Source of the DNA: Perna viridis
Lineage: Eukaryota
Length of the DNA stretch: 64,000 nucleotides
Assembly: GCA_037379345.1 (NCBI GenBank)
Contig: CM074511.1
Span: 25,651,171 to 25,715,170, forward strand
Direction of reading: 5' to 3'
Position 1 is the first letter of the stretch; each line of letters starts with the position of its first letter. Positions 1 to 12,500 of the stretch are shown piece after piece. The translations under genes were made by a program, and so were the position numbers. Below the pieces are notes generated by a model that saw only the letters and a program-made list of their open reading frames with translations, ran no database searches and was not told the origin of the DNA.

Positions 1-91
1 CTCCACTAAAAACTGGGAGCATGGACCAGGTGCACCGGCAGGGTAAGCGTCCTCAGCTTTTCTAGAAAACACCCGCCGAGTTGCTCATAAA
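1..91 (-). mobile_element. Penelope-like retroelement 3' UTR fragment (family A), cut by the window edge
   Basis: Near-identical to 18991..19080 and 35752..35828. Confidence 0.7.
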
Positions 92-379
92 TATTGAAAA
101 GGGAAATAACTCTTTCAATTGGTGCAAAATTTGGTTGATTTCTTAGGGAACTTTTAAATCATTTTCTGAGCCAGCCATTATCGATTCAGAAAAATTGTTG
201 CACTATTGGGCATACATTATTTCAAATTTGATATAGATGGTGCATAAGTTGTGAGCAAATTTGGTCTTTCCAATACATGTATCGACTTCCTGTCTTGTGG
301 GATGGCTGTACAAGTTGGGTATACCTAGCACTATAATATGTGCATCTTCATGTTGTAATTTTAAAAATCTAAATTAAAG

Positions 380-572
380 GTGCAGGTAAGAACCATGCTG
401 GAGCTAGCCATGCTGGTGAAGGAGGGGGTATAAGTGATTACTCTGGTGGAGCTGCTTACGATTCCTACCAGAAACCTATGTACATGGGATCTGGTGGCGA
501 TAACACTAAAGGAGGAGGATTACTCCATATCCAAGCTGCCAATGTTGTTCATAAAGGGGACATAACAGCAGA
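380..572 (+). CDS. exon w1, Gly-tract unit (GASHAGEGG...YDSYQKPMYMGSGG...)
   Basis: aag|GTGCAG acceptor (in-frame alternative at 386); donor GA|gtaagt; missed by the ORF track. Confidence 0.8.
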
Positions 573-3500
573 GTAAGTAGGATATATATTTAGTGTTAGG
601 TTTCTGGCTTTATCATTCCTTTCAATGTTCGGGTATCATGAAAGAAACTTAAATTGATATAGTCCTCAAATCCTTGAGTTTTTTTCTCTAATTTCAATAA
701 ATAAGCAAGCTGATTGGTTGAAAATTGAGTGGAAGAAAGACTTAGGGATTACTTCAAATTAAGTTTTATGAAGTTGGACATTGTTTCTCTTTGAATTAGT
801 GGACTTTAGGAAAATGTAGAATTGTAGAATATGACTTGATTGATTCAATGTGGAATTTATTTGTAATACAGTATCTCACTTTTTACCCATAATATGTGGA
901 GAGTTTCAGATAATCAAGATTGGAGAAAATTTTTCATGGCTAAAAAGGACAGAAAATGTGATATTTGTGTCTCTTAAAGGAGACGTGATGCAAAAATATC
1001 ATTTTTTAAACATTTATATTTATGAAAACTATAGTATGTTTAGATAGGAGTGTAACAAACGTTTTTTCATCAGGTTAGGGCTAAGTAAAGTTAGAATGAT
1101 TTATTTGTGTTATTACGACGATCTAATTAATATGCATAAATGAAATCCGGAAGTTAATAACACTCACTTACCATACATGGAAGTGCTATGTCATTGGTTC
1201 TCAATCTCCATTTGAGTGCATCGAAAATATATACACATGCCCGAAAAAATTAATAAATCTTTGAAAATAGCTTGCATATATGATGCAGAGTGGTCTAGTG
1301 ATCTGTGTATGAGTGTAATATTCATGTGTAAAAAGTAAGAAGACTAAAGTTCTTGTTTTCCGTCAGCTTTTCATTTTTTTAGGCATACATTCCCGCCTGG
1401 CGAAAATGCAACTACTTTGCACACTATTTTAGGACTTGAACAGGAGGGTACAACTAAAATAATGACATTCTGTGTATCGTTCTTTCTTTGACGCTAGGTT
1501 ATATCAATTAGCAAGCCCGGTAGGCTTAATTATGGCAAAGAGAAAGTGTAGGCGGCTTCTTTTATCTTAACATGGTTTGGCACCTCGTGACACAGGTATC
1601 GACACAGGTGTATAACTTGGATAATTGAAAAATAATTGCATTTCTTTTGTCTTACAAATTTTGAAATAAAACAATTCACATAGAGAATTTGACATGATAC
1701 ACAGTATATAATAGGTGACTCTATGTAAGTTTAAGTGAGCAATATTTTTTTATAGGTCAGTTAAAATATTTAATTTTAGCACAAAAAAAATTTAGAACAT
1801 GAGGAAGCTTTGGCACAAAACTCTTATGGGTTCTCAAATAAACCAATGAAAAATAAACATGTCAATATTATTCTGTTGCTGTAATTGCTGGATACAGGTA
1901 CACTTGTCAGGAGTAATATTCCGTTAAAAGGGGTGAAATCAATATTTTCATTGAAGATTGAGATCGGAAGTTTGAATCTTAGAATGGGAATTTTATTTAC
2001 TTGATGTAAAAAGTTCAATTGAACATGACAGAAAATAATGAAATATTTCTATGTAGTCTTCGAAAAGAAGTGGTGTCGTCTCTCTGTGGATTCTAGTCTT
2101 CATACTTGTAATAGTTAAATATTTCTGTCATTGTTTATCATTTTCTTCTCGAAGTGGTTTAAATTGATACAACTGTAAGTATATAAACTTTCAATATTTT
2201 CCCTCTCAGTTGTTGAAATCATGTAAAAAGTGCAGGAGCCCCACGCATTTCAACTACTCGATCTATGAATTGAGAACCAATGATGTAGTATGTTCATGTG
2301 ACCACATGGCTAATTCAAATTTGTATGGCTTGGTTCATCGTCGATTTTGAATTTATCTTTAATTAATTATTTAAATGACGTATGTGACTACAAGGGACAT
2401 TTTTATGATTTATATTTGGTGTAATAAATCCAATAAACCAAGAATTGAAAAAAAAAAAATTTGTGTCATGTCTCTTTTAACAATACTGTTTTTTTTTCAG
2501 TGGTGAGAGTGCTACATCAGCCAGTGGAGGAGGTTCTGGTGGTGGAGTATGGATCTCAGCAGCAACAAGTATTGATGTTACAGGTAAAAAATCTTGAAAG
2601 AAGGGGTATCATATTGGTCGGTTTATGTGTAAGTTTTTGTAAGAATCAGGCAAAATGGAAATTCTGAAACATGCCTGTCAAAACACCACCTATCTTACAA
2701 TATAATTTTACTCAAAGATACTTTGTTTATTTGAAAAGGCCATTGTTTAATCTCTGTATCACTGGATTTGCTCAGAAATTTTTCATCAGAATGTTTATAG
2801 AAAAATGAGGTATTTGACAGAATTATCTGCCCCATGAAATGTTCATTTTCAGTGTATTTCAATGAAATCATAACTCAGTTTTACCAACATATGGAAAATC
2901 TTCTCCTATTTCCTTGTTTCAAATTGCACTAGTCAAATTACACTTTCAAAGTGGAGGGGTTCAGAAAAAAAATCAAGAAATAGTTTGAAAAAGAGACAGT
3001 ATTTTGGGAACTTCATAGAGCTTGGTATTTCTCAGGCTTTAGTTGCTCATTGTATATTTAACATTTTCACATGACAATTAAATTATTTCATCATTAGTAT
3101 TATATAATTATAGGGAAAATAAGTGTTAATGGCGGTAATGGTATTGATGGTGGAGGCGGGGGTGGTGGAATTATCTCCCTTGAATACACCAATGGCAACA
3201 TTAAAGGTAACCTCATGGCCTATGGAGGTCATGGCAATGGCAATGGGCAACATGGTGCAGCTGGAGTTATCTACCTTGCCAAGGATATTAACTCCCTTTC
3301 ACCAGATAGAAAGGTTAGTCTTCAGTGATATACATGTATAAAGTTTACAGAAATTTTATAAATCAATATATTTAAATGCATTTATCATTACAATTTTACA
3401 ATTAAAGACCAAAATGCAAGTTTGAATTAATGTATTTTATAATTTCAATTTTGGCAAAAATAAAAGGTTACAATGATTTCAACATTTTGTTAATTGTTAT

Positions 3501-6500
3501 TTGAGACAAAAAAGAAATCTACCACTAATAAATGAGATTGAGAGGGGCTTGATTAAATTTCCTTGAAAATGAGTTTTTGTGAACTTCAGGATTATCATGG
3601 TTGACAGTAGCTTTATGAAGACATTTTTTTTTTTTAAATGTTTTACTTTGTTATATGCAAACAAATATTTAGAAATGTCTGTATTATGAAAATATTAAGC
3701 TACCACACAAATATTTCAAAAGACAAACTTTTAAAACAGCAATTTATTTTTGTACATGTAATACTTAAATGGATTTTTAAACATAAAAAGTTGCCAAATG
3801 TTTTATGACCAAAAATATAAAACAGAGCATTTATCCATTAATAGGTTATAATTAACAACAATGACGTACCAACTGATGCTTTTAGTAGAATTCCTGTACC
3901 ATCTACAGAATTTTCTGTTGAAATTGACCAAATTGACATCCAGACTGACGATAACGTAGCCTTTACTACCAGACCAGATATTGGCGCTGCTCTCAGTGTT
4001 ACAGTAGGGGACATAACTGGTACAACGCAGTCAAACTTCACCGTAGACAAATTTAATGAAGTCTACATTTCAACCAAATATCCATCAGCCGTATCAGAGC
4101 TTTCAATTAAATCATCCATTCACATTAGTAATTATGGTAAATTAGAGCTACCTGAAAATGTCATTGTTGAAAGAGGTCACATTCTGGAGATTTGTGGTAC
4201 GTTGATGTTTAAGACAAACAATGTATTTGTTAGAGATTCTGGTATTGTAAAAATAGGAAATCCAGCCCAGACAAACAGCTATTATGCTGGTACTAACACC
4301 CATAATCCACTGATGTGGAAATCATTAGTGATAGATTACAATGGGAAGTTTGAACACACATCCGAATGCATGAGTTCTGATCAGTCTACAATTTTACTGT
4401 TAGACCATTTAAATGTGTCAGCTGGCTACACTATCAATTTTAAGTCAATTCGTGTGAAAGCTTTACACACCAGTGAGATTAGTCCACTGTTGAATGCAAC
4501 TTGTGATAGCACAACAGATCTCCTCATCTACAGAGATACACAATGTGAACTGGCTGCCAAGGCCTACTCATATAACAGCATTGTCATAGAAGCTGGTGGT
4601 AAGCTTATCCTAACAGGAGACCCAGAAGGTAAAAATTTCACCAAAATCACAGTCACCAACCTCGAAATTAAGTATGGTGGGGTCATAGATGGAAAGGGTA
4701 AAGGTTATGTTTCTGGAGGTCCAGGTGAGCCTAGTGTTAGTTCATCTGGTGCGAGTCATGGTGGTGCAGGCAAGAATATTGCTAATCCAGTAGGAAAAAT
4801 TTATGGAAATATTGTCTCTCCAAAGGCTTATGGAAGTAATGGTCATGGTGCATCATCATTTTTAGGAACTGGTGGAGGCCAAATTGAACTTGTAGTTATC
4901 AATAAGTTCACATTGAATGGTGATATTGATGTGAGTGGATTTGATTCATCAACCTCTGGTGGCAGCGGTGGGAGCATACTAGTTACCACTAAGGATATGA
5001 CCGGTACTGGTACATTGTCAGCCAATGGTGGGTCAGGGGGAGGTGGAGGTGGAAGGATATCTGTGACTGTGTCAGAGGCTTACCGCTATGGTGGATTAAT
5101 GTCAGCATCTGGCAATGGTGCATCACCTGGTTAGTTAATATTATCAACTCTGGAATGATGAATAATTGATCCATAAGTTTGTTTTATTTTCTTATTTTAA
5201 GAATAAATTTTCATTCTTTGACAGCATGAATGAACATTTTTGAAAAACTGAAATCATGTGATTGAATGTTTTATTTATACAACTGAACTATGTTTAAAAC
5301 TCACTTAAGCCTGTAAGTTCTTAAGAGATACTTTAGATTGTTTGTTAATCTAAGTTTACTTCAAATTAACTGTGCTTATCACAAGCATTTTGAAACAAGT
5401 TTTAAATAGTTTGTAAGTTCATCTATTGAAATTCTTGTGGGGGGTAACTTGACAGTTTAAGCAAGTTTAATTATGGAGTTGAAGGTTATAAACTCTAAAT
5501 GCATAGTCGTTAATATTTGCAATTCAATTTTCAGGCACTGTGTATGTTTCTAAGACAGTTTCTGGGTCAGCATATACCACACTGTTGCTGAACCAGGCTG
5601 GTACTATAGACTTGATGGATGGACTTTCACTTCCAAGCTCACTGAATGAAGTCCAGCTGACCAATGGAACTTCTTTGTCACTTACAACAGACCTAGCTGT
5701 CAGTAAACTGATGTCAGATGGATCAGGAACTGTCACATTGTCTGACAATTCTAAACTGTCAATATCCTCATTTGATGACCTTAATCATGGTTGTCAGTGT
5801 AACTTTGACATTAAAGCTGGATCAACACTCCAGGTTAACACTGATTTTGACTTCACAGGAAACAATCCAACTCTAAATCTTGCAGGGTCTTTAATAGCGA
5901 ATACATTCAGAATCTGGGACCATGGAACTGTGACAGTCCAAAATACTGGAAACCTACAAGTCAACTCTCTGACTCTACATGAATATTCAACATTAGATTT
6001 GAAACCAGGAGCTATATACAGTAATGCTCAATCACTTACACTGGGATATAATTCCACATTAGTAGTGTATGATGACCCTTTAAGTTTGACCTTGACCTTG
6101 TTCCACATGAAGGTCAAATCAACATTAGATATTAGATCAGCCACTAAGACTATAAACCTTGAAGCCACTAATGTTATTATTGAGGATGATGCTGTATTGT
6201 CTGTTTCTGGTAGTGGGTCATTAACAGGTAAGTAAGGCAATATTTTTTAGTAACAGCATACCTGTTAACCTTTGGAACAGTCCATGTGGGAGACTCCCCC
6301 ATTGACACAGACTCATGTGGGGGATTTTTGCATAAACATAAATTGTTTATTTCAAAATTCAATTACTTCGTAAATTTCCACAGAAAACTTGGTAAGTTTT
6401 GCCAAAAACCTCCCACAAATCTAACATTTTTATGTTGGAAATTCTAATTTTTTTCATTGATAATGTGGGAATTCCCCTTACTGTGGGAGGGTTAACAGGT

Positions 6501-9500
6501 ATGGTAACAGTATATTGTTATGATGGGTTATGGTATTGCAGATTTCAATGAAATAATTAGATTAGCAAGGCCTTAAAAAAATAACATAAGTTCGAAAAAA
6601 AAATTGGGATTTTAAGAATTGATTGAATTTATCTGTTTGTGTAAATTGTTCAGTAGTGTAGTATGTTGTTTATGCAGAAATTATTAACAAGAGTATGGCA
6701 CCATTGAAACTTTCCACTGTGTTGATTATTTTAGGTTTGGGAGCAGGTGATGCAGAGAAAGGAGCCAGCCATGGTGGAGAAGGGGGAGACAATCAAGGCA
6801 CTACATATGGTTCAACAACTTCACCAACAGATGTTGGCAGTGGGTGTTCAACAGTTCGTGGTGGTGGTGTAATATCAATCAAGGCTACAACATTATCCAT
6901 CGATGGTGTCATATCAGCTGATGGTGAGAGTAGCTTCTCAACTGGTGCAGGCAGTGGAGGCAGTATTAAGGTCACAGGTGACAGTCTTGAAGGTCATGGA
7001 ATTATTTCTGTAAATGGAGGAAGTAGTACCAACAAGGGAGGTGGAGGTGGAGGTTGTCTTGCTCTAGATGTCAAGGTGGTGACCTCATTTTATGGTGGCC
7101 TTGAAGCAAAAGGCGGAAGAGGTGGGAAAAGCAGTGGGGCTGCTGGGACTGTTTATAAGTTGTACCAAATCACAGGTGGTGCATCAAAATCTGCATTGGT
7201 TATTTACAATGATGGCCTAGTTACAGATTCTCGGACAATTGTTAATGGTGTCATAAAAGTGTCAGAACTTGAAATAACAGGAAAGTCTAAGCTTATCTTT
7301 GACACCAGTGGTTCTCCAAATGTAGAGATAGAGCTAGTGGAAGGAGATAAAACGGGTTTACTGACAATTCAGTCAGGGCAGTACTTTGTCATTGCCACTA
7401 GCTATGGAACACAGTATGCCTTTTCTCTGCCATGTAAAATAGTTGTTGAAGGTGGAGGATATGCCACCCTGCCTGCTCAATTATTACTGGAGGATGACAC
7501 AGATGATGATGAATATAACCTAGATGTACAAGGAAATGTGATCGCACTGAGAAATCTTGTTGTGGGAGTGAATTCTAAGGCTTACTTAAGTTACAGTGCT
7601 CGCAGTGGTCTAACAACAACACAACCCTCTGATGTTGGAACATTCTCGCTAACTCAACTGGAAGTAACAACTGGTGGAAAGCTTGAAGTGTCTCAGGACT
7701 CAACTAGTAAATATACGTTAGATGTACTGGATGAATTGAATATCAAGTATGGAGGAGAAATTAGTGCAAGAAACTTATTCATCCAAGTTCCAACAATGCA
7801 GGTTGCATATGATGGCTTGTTAAGTGTTGATGGAAGCAATGGTAACCTTGGGACTGGGGCTGGTCAAGATGGCTCTGGAGGAAGTCATGGTGGTTCTGGA
7901 GGCACTTCCAGCTCTGGTGGGACAATAGTCAAACAATACACAGGAAGTCTATTCACTGCTGATGCCTTTGGATCCACTGGTGGTAACAAGTCTTTATCAG
8001 GTGTAGGCGGACCTGGAGGTGGCATGGTAAAATTGAAGGTCACAAAACAACTGACCTTGGATGGAGTGATTAGTTCCCATGGTAACAGTGGTATGAATGG
8101 TGGTGGAGGAGGGAGTGGTGGGTCTGTTTCTATTGAAATTGTAGACATGTTAGGAGCAGGATCAGTTTCTGTTGTTGGTGGGAATGCTATCGGTGGTGGT
8201 GGTGGTGGAGGTGGTGGTAGGATTTACCTCATGTGTACTGGTGATTATAACTATACTGGTGTCTACAAACTAAAAGGAGGTAACTCAGACACAGGTCAAG
8301 CTGGTGGTTCTGGTACAGCATACCTCCAATATCCTTACAGCAATATCCAGTTCCGTAAACTTTTTACTTCCAACTCAATGGTCACAGGACGTACTGTCGC
8401 CGCTACTTATTTTGATACACCTGGTACCCCTCTAGTTGAACTTGATGAGATGGAGGTTGGAGACAAGACAACAATAAAAGTTACAACAGCGGGTCTTCAT
8501 GTGATAGCATCCACCTTGGTATGTGGTGCAGATTCCCTCCTTAATGTACAGGATAATGTGATATTCAGTGCTGATGTTGAGAGCTCATACAGCAAACTAA
8601 CCTGCAGTTTACACATCGATGAACATGGGGAGGCAAGGTTACCAAAGACAGTTGAGTTACTAGGTGCTAATAATGAGTTCAAAGGTGAGGCTTTATCTCT
8701 TTATGATATTGAAACTAAATTATTTTTTTGTCAGAACAATTTGTTATGCTTATGAGTTCAAAGGTGAGGTTTTATCTCTTTATGATATTGAAACTAAATT
8801 ATTTTCGTGTCAGAACAATTTGTTATGCTTATGAGTTCAAAGGTGAGGTTTTATCTCTTTATGATATTGAAACTAAATTATTTTGGTGTCAGAGCAATTT
8901 GTTGTGCTAACAAATAGTCACAAAAATAAATGTCCACAAATAAATTCTTTTGTTATGGAATACATTTTGAGTATATAGTGTTAATCTTGATAACAAACAT
9001 AAGTAAAATTTGATTGATATCCTAAAATGCCAAAAATAAGAATGCAAAAATATGAAATGCTTTACAATAGAAGAAACATATTATTCAAAGCATGCATATA
9101 AAAGTTATTAAACACTCCAATATCTTGTTTACTTTTAACCTCCTAGTTATTATTATTTTGACACCTTTTGAGGAGGTAGACCTAGGGTAAGGGACATAAC
9201 CCATGAAGTCAGTGATATGTTTGTATCATATTCAATTTTACCAAAGCTTACCAAGCTTTCATTTGACACAGAATGAAATCAAATCTAAGTTGCTTTGATG
9301 CTTACATGACATTGACGTAAAATGCTGAGTACAAACGTTCCAATGCTTTGTAAGGGTTGTGTCCCTTACTTTAGGTCTACCTCCTTAAAGATGTATTATA
9401 TATGAAAATGAACTTGAGAAATAAAGAAAACTAAGATTTAGTGTCAACACAACATAATAGAAAATGATGACAGATATACATTAGATAAAACACACTCTGT

Positions 9501-12500
9501 AGTGTTGTGCATGGGATCAGAGTAGTAGGGACAACAATTCCATTATTTGGCCTTATAGATGGGTGAATGTCTATGAGTATTTTTTGTTGTTGATAAAATG
9601 TGACGTAATGAGTCAGAATTAGCCATGGTCTCAAAAAAGCATCATTTCCCCTATCTTAAGGTTTTATGTATGTGTTATAGTTTTATTATTCTAAAGTTAT
9701 GTTTACTTTACCCTTGCATACCAAGAGATGAACTCTATTCTTTCTATAATGTGCTTTACAGGAACTCTGACAAACATTAACTCCCTGATAGTTTCATCAG
9801 GACAAAAGGCCACATTTTCCTCTGTCACCAGAACAGCTACCTACAACAATGGAGTGTTTACTGCCCAGGAGGCAGGAGCATACAGATTTGCCAGTTTCAC
9901 AATCAAGGACTATGCCACTGTGACATTTGAGACCACTGGGAAGGTCTTACAGCTGACAATATTGGAACTGCACTATGGGTCAACCCTGAAGGGAGAGAGG
10001 ATACTACTACAGAGTAATGAGATAACACTACAACCTGGTTCTACTATAGATCTATCTGGTGGTGGTCATGCTGCTGAGAATGGACCTGGTAAAGGTGCTC
10101 AGGTAAGTCCATTGTATAAATAATAGGGGTCTCATACTTCTATGGAGTAATTAGATCATGCTTCAGCCTGGTCCTATTATAGATCTAATTAGTGGTGGTC
10201 ATGCTGATGAAAAAGTAAAGTTGATCTGGTCAATCGCTTGTGTATATAAAGTGGTTTTATTTCATATTTATACAGGAATGAGTTTCAGGTATTGGTCAGT
10301 TACTGTAAACATACTAATTCACTATTTTCACGGTAAACAGAGAACCGAGAAAAATAGTACATGTACATGCGAAATTGATTTTTAACACTATATAACACTA
10401 ATCATTTTTTTGAAGCCATGAAAATTGATATCTGCAAATATGTTCTCTTGACAGAATCCGTGAAAATTAGCAACCACGAAAATTAATATGTTTACGGTAT
10501 GTACCATTATTTATGTACGGTCCATACCATAGTTATTTAGTCCAAATACCTTTTTGGTCATATTTGCTAGCCCTTTCAGTTTTCTCTACCTGATAGTGCA
10601 TTTAACAAATTATCTCCCCTGAGATGCTGGTTTGATTATCTCATTTAGCAATGTTCCAAATCAAATCATAGACCAAGTCAATAATTCAATTCAGTATCTG
10701 AAATTATATCTGATCATTAATGTGATAGTATTTTATACATCTTTGGTGTAAAAAAAAATAATGGCAATTGAAGAAAGCTTTTTGATTTTTACAGATAAGT
10801 AGTCATGACCTTGCAACAGGAGCAGGATATGCAAGTCTCGGTGGATCTCCATCAGAATCAAACTCTGGTGGCTCCATCTACAATCTGACCAGAATACCTG
10901 GAGAAGAAGGAAGTGGGGGAGGTAACTCTATATCAGGAGTTGGTGGAGCTGGAGGTGGTTATCTGAAGATTGAAACTTTCTATGACCTTACGAACTATGG
11001 TAAAGACACTCTAGTAAAAAGTTACTCTTGTATGAAAAAAAAATGATAATATTATACCCCCACTCAAAAGGTGGGTGATATATTGGAATGACTTAGTCTG
11101 TTTGGGTGCTTTTGGGTGTTTGTTACTTTGAATGTATTATTTTGGTTATTTTATGTTCTTTGTTGTGTGTGTTTTTTTTCCATGTCTGGTCTTTGTCCTT
11201 GGATTACGTTCTTTTGATTTCCACTAGATCCTTGGTCCCCTAGATTTCTCTTTCACTATATGGATTGGTAGGCCATTTTAAACTCTTGGGCATTGAATAA
11301 ATTACATTGAATCTCTAATGAGGACCTTGGCTTTGGTTACAAATATCTTGGTTCCCAATAATTGGATTGACTTCAAATTCAATGTGTGGCTTAATATAGA
11401 TGTGGCATACATAGTGAGTAATTTTGTTGCTCTTTGATATCAAGTTCCTGTATGAGTGGGGGTATGCCAAATACGAAAATATGTGCAACTTCAAGGTTAT
11501 TATGATATATTTACAGAAAATTTAAGTAGCCACTGTCTTATTAAAATTATCAGTAGACCATAAATTTTTTTTACTCTTTTTTTACAGCCAAACTAGTTTA
11601 AATTAGCAGACTTATTTTAATTAGACTGAAGCATCTTAGTTTAGTATGCAAGACAAGTTGTCTTTTCATAGCAAGGGTTCAAATATGTAATTCCAACATA
11701 TCGTGACTTTGTGTCTATGGAACTGTATATTACACAAAATGAAGGGCATGTGTTAGATCTTGAATTACAATGTTTTAAAATCTATTTGAGAAGTTATTAC
11801 TTAAATATTGTTATTAGTTATGGTTATTAAAGAAATAAAGGATCATTATAGGTGCAATAAAGGTTGATGGGTCTGATGGATCTGGAAGTGGGGCTGGTGG
11901 TGGCAGTGGTGGGACCATATTCTTGAATTGTAGAGGTTTAATTGGAGATGGAAGCCTATCTGTCAATGGTGGCAAAGGATCAGGTCAAGGAGGAGGTGGA
12001 TCTGGTGGGAGAATGAAACTTATCCTTAAAGAAAGGTATTTTATATGAATTACAATAATTTGTTTGAACGTGTCTAATTTTTTCTTACAGTGTTTTTATC
12101 TTCTTTGAAATGATTCTGCCCTTTTTTCCCAATGTAACAATATTAATTGATCTGCACCCGGATTCATAAAACAATCTCAAATTGAGATTTTCCTAAAATT
12201 CTTCAGTTTTCCTCAAATTTTCAATTTCAAGCAATTTGATTGGTCGAAATTTTAGTTGAGGAAGGATTTGAGGAAAATCTCAGTTTGAGATGTTTTATGA
12301 AACTGGCCCCAAAATTTTAATTTTGTCATAGAGATACTTTTCATTTTAATGTATACATATTAAATCAATGTTAGCATATTGTTTTACCATTTATTGCATC
12401 TTGATCATTTATTATACCTCCTGCTTTTAAAGAGACCATTTGTTTGTCCACATATTTTGTTATGTTTCTCTGCAACTTCTTATCACAGCTACTTGATATT

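Noticed and set aside
1040-2440. Possible ~1.3-kb element in the first intron (cattggttctcaat / attgagaaccaatg inverted match, elevated CpG)
   Set aside because: Only a short inverted match; ends, TSD and coding remnants could not be defined.
8673-8908. Possible CRISPR-like array
   Set aside because: Contiguous 79-bp units without unique spacers, in a eukaryotic context.
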